From the human T2T-CHM13v2.0 reference genome, Homo sapiens: a stretch of 64,000 nucleotides of DNA. This document shows, one piece after another, positions 56,910-64,000 of the stretch; the first letter of the stretch is position 1; every line of letters begins with the position of its first letter. The notes under the pieces are model-generated. The model ran no database searches. It was not told where the DNA came from and saw only the letters and a list, made by a program, of their open reading frames with translations. The stretch is from the NCBI RefSeq assembly GCF_009914755.1, contig NC_060928.1. The stretch is one strand, 5' to 3'. Position numbers and translations under genes: made by a program.

Positions 56910-57060
56910 TTTGAAATGTAAAACTATGTCCTGCTGCAGCCCAGTGAGAATAAGGACGTCCTGTTCACCACTGCATCCTCAGTGGCTAGAACAGTGCCCA
57001 ACGTGCAACAGTTGCTCAGTACATGTTCAGGAGACGTTGGCTTGTGCACGAGTGAAATAA
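56910..57060 (+). mobile_element. L2 3' end
   Basis: TGTTCACCACTGCATCCTCAGTGGCTAGAACAGTGCCC...TTGCTCAGTACATG. Confidence 0.7.
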
Positions 57061-57234
57061 GCCTCAAATCACTCAACTTTAAGTCTGCATTTGGGCAGAA
57101 GGCAACAACTAAGTGAAATGAAAGTCACTCATTAAAATATGCCTAGCATTTGTGCAGCACCATAACGTGTTCAGGACTTTTACGTATACTAACTCATTGA
57201 TCAATGACTCTGTGAGGTGAAAAGAATGACAACT

Positions 57235-57562
<328 letters not shown>

Positions 57563-57793
57563 TCATGAAGTAAACAGCCAGAACATCATACCACGTGGCC
57601 AGCTAGGATGGCGCTGCCATGCAACACAGCAGTCCTCTAACTTCTTCCCAGGCATCCTTCACCTCATCGCGGCACCTCTGCCTCTCTCTGCTCTTCAAGT
57701 AATGATGTTTTTAAAAAGCTGAGAGTAATGCCGCATGTGTAAACCCATCTTCTTTCATATTTTCAAAACCCTAGGAGAGCTCCTTGTTTAAAG

Positions 57794-58012
57794 CAGGGCC
57801 CCTCACCAGCAGCAATATTTTGGATCAGGTAATTCTCTGTTACGGGTGTAATCTCTTGTAGGATATTAGTAGAATCCCTTCCTTCTACCCACTTCTACCC
57901 CTGCCTTCTAGACACCTGTAGCAGCCCTCCAGCTGTGACAACCAAAAATGTCTCCCTACATTGCCAAATGTTCCTGGGGTATGGCCAAACCTCTACCAGT
58001 TAATAATCAATG
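57794..58012 (+). mobile_element. MER20 (hAT-Charlie MITE)
   Basis: ATTTTGGATCAGGTAATTCT...TGTGACAACCAAAAATGTCTCC...ACATTGCCAAATGTTCCTGGGG; CA...TG termini. Confidence 0.85.
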
Positions 58013-58018
58013 AATTAA

Positions 58019-58322
<304 letters not shown>

Positions 58323-59233
58323 TTAAAGGAATCCTACAGTAAATCCATTCACATGGCAGTAGTAATAATTTAAGAGAGCACAGAAATATTTCAGGAACAT
58401 GATTTGCTTTCCAGGTACAAACAATATAGCCATTAGCTCTTAAAAATATATATTCGAGTTTCAGCAAGTTCTCCAAGTTCAGAATAGGTTACTAAAAGCA
58501 TGCTTTACTTCTGTAAACTCCCAAAGCACCAGGATATAGTCTGTTTACCCACACCTGCTCTCACATGTCTCTCTCCTCTGATATCCATTCTAGGTGATGC
58601 CTCCAAAATGCTCATCCTTTTTTGCCTCTCCTACCTTAACACTAGTTCAAGCCCTTTACTGGGTACCCAGCCTTTTAGATTCACTCTCAATCGCTGAGCT
58701 ACTTTCAGCATCTAACAAACAAAGAAAAATAACCAACCAGAGTGAGAATAAAGGGCACAAGCAGAGCATGTCTTTCAGAGCTGTGCAATCCTTTTGAGTC
58801 ACAGTTGCAACCCAGGTTGAATCTACACAAATAGACTTAGAGCACTTCGGCCTTTTCCTTTGAAGAGATAGAAGCCCCTGTCCAGACGTGCTCGGGAGGT
58901 GGAGAAAGATGTTGGGAAAGGGAAGGAGAGATACACAGCAGTGTAACCTAATAACCTCCTTTACCCATGGAAGTAAAACACTGTTAACAGTTGAGGGGTG
59001 GAGGGTCCATAAACATGAAATGATACACAACCAGATTCTACTCAACAGGATGGCAATAAAAGGAGTTAGGAAAATTCTGGAAGTTGGTAGTTAAAAACTA
59101 AATATTTCACTTAAGTTTTCTACAGTTGTTAAGCCATTGCAAAAGGGGGATGAATGTTAGTTATTAGCATTTTAAAAGGTTCTACTTCAGCATAAAGGTC
59201 ATTTCCAATCAATGGGAGGTCCAATATAATTAA

Positions 59234-59950
<717 letters not shown>

Positions 59951-60615
59951 TAATTAAATTTCTCCAAGAATAGTATACACAGCTTGCCATAGTAGTAACT
60001 TCCTGCTCCTATCCATGCGTGCATGCGGCCCTCAGAGAACGCCGAATGCTGTGCTTCTGTCCCAAATGGAGAAAGGAACTCAAAAACCCCTCCACTGTTT
60101 AACAGATGGAATTGCCAAGTAGACTTTAAAAAAAGTGTGCTCCTTCTCTGATCCACTGAATGGAACCCCATGATCTTTAAGTATTTATTATACAGCAGGC
60201 CCTCAACTCCATTTTCTGCATAATTTTATCTAACCCTATTTCTTTTGTTCTTTAAACTTTCTTAGATTTAAACAACAAAAAAATTAAACTAAATTAATCA
60301 GTTCTTGGTGACAGCTGATTTTTCGGAAGCTACATTTCCAAGTCACAAAACTAAATAGTGAATTTTTGGAATCTGTCTGGAAAGCAGGCTGTATTTGTAA
60401 TAAAAATTTAATTTGTGGGGGGATACTGTAATTTTGGAGCAGTCATCTGCAAATTAACTTATTTGGCAGATACCAATGTCAAATTGGTATGAAACAACAG
60501 GAAAGTAAAGCATATTATAATATTTTCCTTAAAAATCATGGAAAGGTGATATAACACCCTGAAGCCTGAAACTGCTGTCGTTAGTGCCAATGACTATACT
60601 GATTTTTAAAAATCT

Positions 60616-60917
60616 GGCTGGGTGCGGTGGCTCACACCTGTAATCCCAGCACTTTGGGAGGCTGAGGTGGGCAGATCACAAGGTCAGGAGATCGACACCA
60701 TCCTGGCCAACATGGTGAAACCTGTCTCTACTAAAATACAAAAAATTAGCCAGGCGTGGTGGTACATGCCTGTAGTCTCAGCTACTCGGGAGGCTGAGGC
60801 AGGGGAATCACTTGAACCCAGGAGGCAGAGCTTGCAGTGAGCCGAGATTGCATCACTTCACTCCAGCCTGACGGCAGAGTGAGACTCCATCTCAAAAAAA
60901 AAAAAAAAAAAAAAAAA
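60616..60917 (+). mobile_element. AluSc-like
   Basis: GGAGATCGACACCATCCTGGCCAAC; long A tail. Confidence 0.93.
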
Positions 60918-61656
60918 TTGTTACGCCCTTGAATCTGGCTAGAATAATACTGAAAATCTACAGAGAATATATATTGTCAAAGTCTTGGATGCAAGAGCGT
61001 GATTTAGTATCTTAACTTCCATGAAACACTATGGACAATGTACCAATGCTGCTGAATGAATGAATGAAATTAGAAACTCAGTCTTTATTATTTGTGCTAA
61101 GTAAGAATAAAGGCAAATCCATACTAAATCCAAAATGGTATTGTATCTGATTGTTTCATTAGTTCTGAGAGTCAGGAGCACCAAAATTAAATTTTTTCTC
61201 TTCTTATTGCTTCTTCCCACTCTTTGATAACGGTGTTAAAGATCACTGAAAAGACCAAAAGGTTGGCAGCAGGTGGGGGGAAGGAAAAACAAAGCAAGCA
61301 GCCAGGGGATCTGAAAACTCAACCATCAGCCTTTGAATAATAGAGTGAAAAATGTAAAGCTATTTGGGAGACTTAAAAGGTAGACACTATGAAAATCTTG
61401 ACAGTGAGTTTTAAATATGTTCCTCTTTATAAGAGTCTGATGTCTGTTTGATTGATTTCACAGTTCTCCAAGATGGGTAATGTGGAAAAAGACAACAGAA
61501 TTTAGCCTTTTTAAGCTCAAGAGTATAAGACAGGACTGTTACTTAACAAACAGGGAACAGTAATCACACAAGTACTTCAAATATATCCAAGAATTACTAT
61601 TTAACATGCAAAACAGGTTCTTACACTGGATCCCTTCTATGACACTCACACCAGGG

Positions 61657-61717
61657 TGAGTGAGTGAATGAGTGAATGTGTGTGTGTGTGTGTGCACGTG
61701 CATGCATGAGAGAGAGA
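61657..61717 (+). repeat. Compound (TGAG/TGAA)n-(TG)n-(GA)n microsatellite
   Basis: Read directly. Confidence 0.85.
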
Positions 61718-64000
61718 AATGCCTTATATTCCTATCTCAACCAAATGGGCAGGAAAACTTCTTTAACAACAGTTGGCCATTAGTCTCACAGCGATATTCA
61801 GAAAATAACTCCATATAACTCTATTTTACTATTAAATTCCTCATCCTTCTTCTTCCAGAGATGTCAGTAAACTATGTACAGGACTGCCCATTTTTCTCCT
61901 ATCAGGTGGCAGAAATCCTAAAAAAGATTCTAAAGTTTGCCCTTATAATTCTAATGAGACAGGATAGAAAGTATCAAGCATACTAGCTTCCTGAAAACTT
62001 GGCTTTCCCTGGGAAGGAACTCAGCTTGAAGAGCATTTTGTAGATTATGATTAATGCTTAACTAACTCTGCTTCTACTTTTCTGACCACTGGCTGCCCAG
62101 TACTAAATAAAATATACCACAACCAAATAACATAATAGAATTAAACATGTATTGGAGCTTAAAAAAATGCTTCTTGAGAATTAAAAGAAAAAAATACATA
62201 TGAAGGACAGAAAAAACAAAATTTCAAAAAGTTTTCCACAAACTTAAGGCATGCTGTGTTGGGCAATGGAAAGCTTTCCGAAAGACAGTCTGTCCTGTTA
62301 CCCATGCTAGCGGCAGAACAGGATAAGCCAAAGAAAAGGTTATCATAGGGAAGATGTAGAAATAGCTTGGTAATACGAGCTTGCCAAAAAAATTGATACA
62401 GAGCCAGTAATTTACCTTCAACAGGGTAAGAAATGGGAAGCCAGATTAACGTATAAGGACATTCAGCAGTGGACTAATATGTTGACATTTCCTGAATCTA
62501 TTCCAGGAATGGATGGAACATTTTGGATGGGTTGTAGTTGTCTCCAATACTCGGTAATAACGCATTTATTATTAAATGCATGTTATGAATTTTTTGTGAT
62601 AAGCTCTTCAGAACAGGGGTCACATAGATTTATGCAGTCTGTAAGCTGTATATAAATTAAGCACACTCTGAAAGTTACGATGGTGCTAATACAGTGAAGA
62701 GGTCATGAAAATAATATGGTCTTATCTAAGTCAACTAAGACTATCACCATTTTAAAATTTTGAAAACTGTGCACTGTCATGCTTTTTGATGTGCCTGCTC
62801 AGCTTGAAAATGTACTTGTCAATTGAAATTTGCCTTAAAATTTTAACCAGGACCTCAGTTCCAAATACAGCAAATAAACAATGCCCCCTTTTGTTACCAC
62901 AAATAATTAAAAGCCATCTTTTCAACTGAGGCTCTCTGATAGGTGAAGTCAATAATTTTCACCAAGTCTTTGAGGGGAAGAAAAAAACTATGTCAATAAA
63001 GTGGTGGTGGTTGGGATGGGATCATTTGACTACATGTTCAGAACGGACCTAATACCTGAGGTAGTGCAGCTTCAAACCCAGGTCTGTGCCACCTGCTCTA
63101 TCAACAGGGCTGGTGAGGACTCACACAGAACCCAGCCCCCTCTGTGGCAGCCTGGAGCCAAGGAAAATTTTTTACCCCTCACCCACTCTGCTTTTTGTTT
63201 GCTATTTTTTTGTTGTTGTTTTTCATGCCCATTCTTGTAAATGTGTAAGATAGGAAAACAAATCAAAAGAGGCAAAGCCCTCATTAGACTGCCTTCTTAA
63301 TCCAAGCGAGGCAGAAAGATAATTAATCGATATTTAGTACTTCGGACATATTGGTCCTTAGAAAGTAAACAATACCAATGAAACAGTAAAGAATCCTATT
63401 CATCTTTATTTTTATATCACCGTTATTATTATTTGGTTGTGGGTGATCATTGTTTTTCTTTAGGGCTTTCCAAATAGAGCGCCCAATCTGAGAACTACAT
63501 TTAATTGTTCTGTGCCTCACTGGAGTACAACTATAATCCTGCAGTCAATTCAAGAAAATGAAGAGCAACGTTTTCTTTACAACCTCTATTTTTGAGATTT
63601 TACCTCAATACAGACTGTTAAAATACTCTCAGAAGCCAAGGTTAACTTTTAAACTAATTATTTTAAAAGGAAATATAACTTGTAGAGCATGTTTCTTTCT
63701 TTTTTTTTTTTTTTTTTTGGTACACAGAATTTACTTGCAACTCTGCTTAAGAGTTAAGGCTTACATTACATTCATCACACTCATCACACATACCAGTGAG
63801 AGATGCATGTGAAACAGCTGAAGCTAAAATACACTCCTATTCTGTACACAGCCCTGGCATTTATTAGTGCGTAAGTCTAATCAACAGGCTAAATCATTGT
63901 CATAAAATGATAGAAAATTTTATTTTCAGGCAGTCATCTTTCAAGTCATTTGTTGCTAATTTGCTAAACTGGGATTCACTATGAAATCTACAGCTGATGT

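Overview
Human (primate) non-coding DNA, most likely the inside of a large intron or a regulatory intergenic region. An AluYa5 carrying all five diagnostic positions points to human. I find no credible protein-coding exon, tRNA/rRNA or CRISPR-like array, and I cannot name a host gene. The supplied ORFs are Alu/L2/LTR read-throughs or chance. The window holds about 31 Alu pieces (FLAM/J/S/Y/Ya5), many MIR and L2 relics, three MaLR solo LTRs (MLT1G-like, MLT1B-like, THE1C-like), two hAT DNA-transposon relics, CR1/L3 relics and only short ancient L1M fragments. Several unique, CpG-retaining, motif-dense blocks look like enhancers. I found no new multi-gene system. The most interesting signals are structural: a ~105-bp local duplication whose second copy preserves the empty site of the THE1 LTR, a tailless internally primed Alu with a target-site duplication (TSD), a near-consensus AluYa5 26 bp head-to-head with an older Alu, a triple-TSD sequential insertion, a fold-back Alu end, and a TA/CG quasi-palindrome. 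Repeat subfamily names are from memory of consensus sequences and should be confirmed with RepeatMasker/Dfam.
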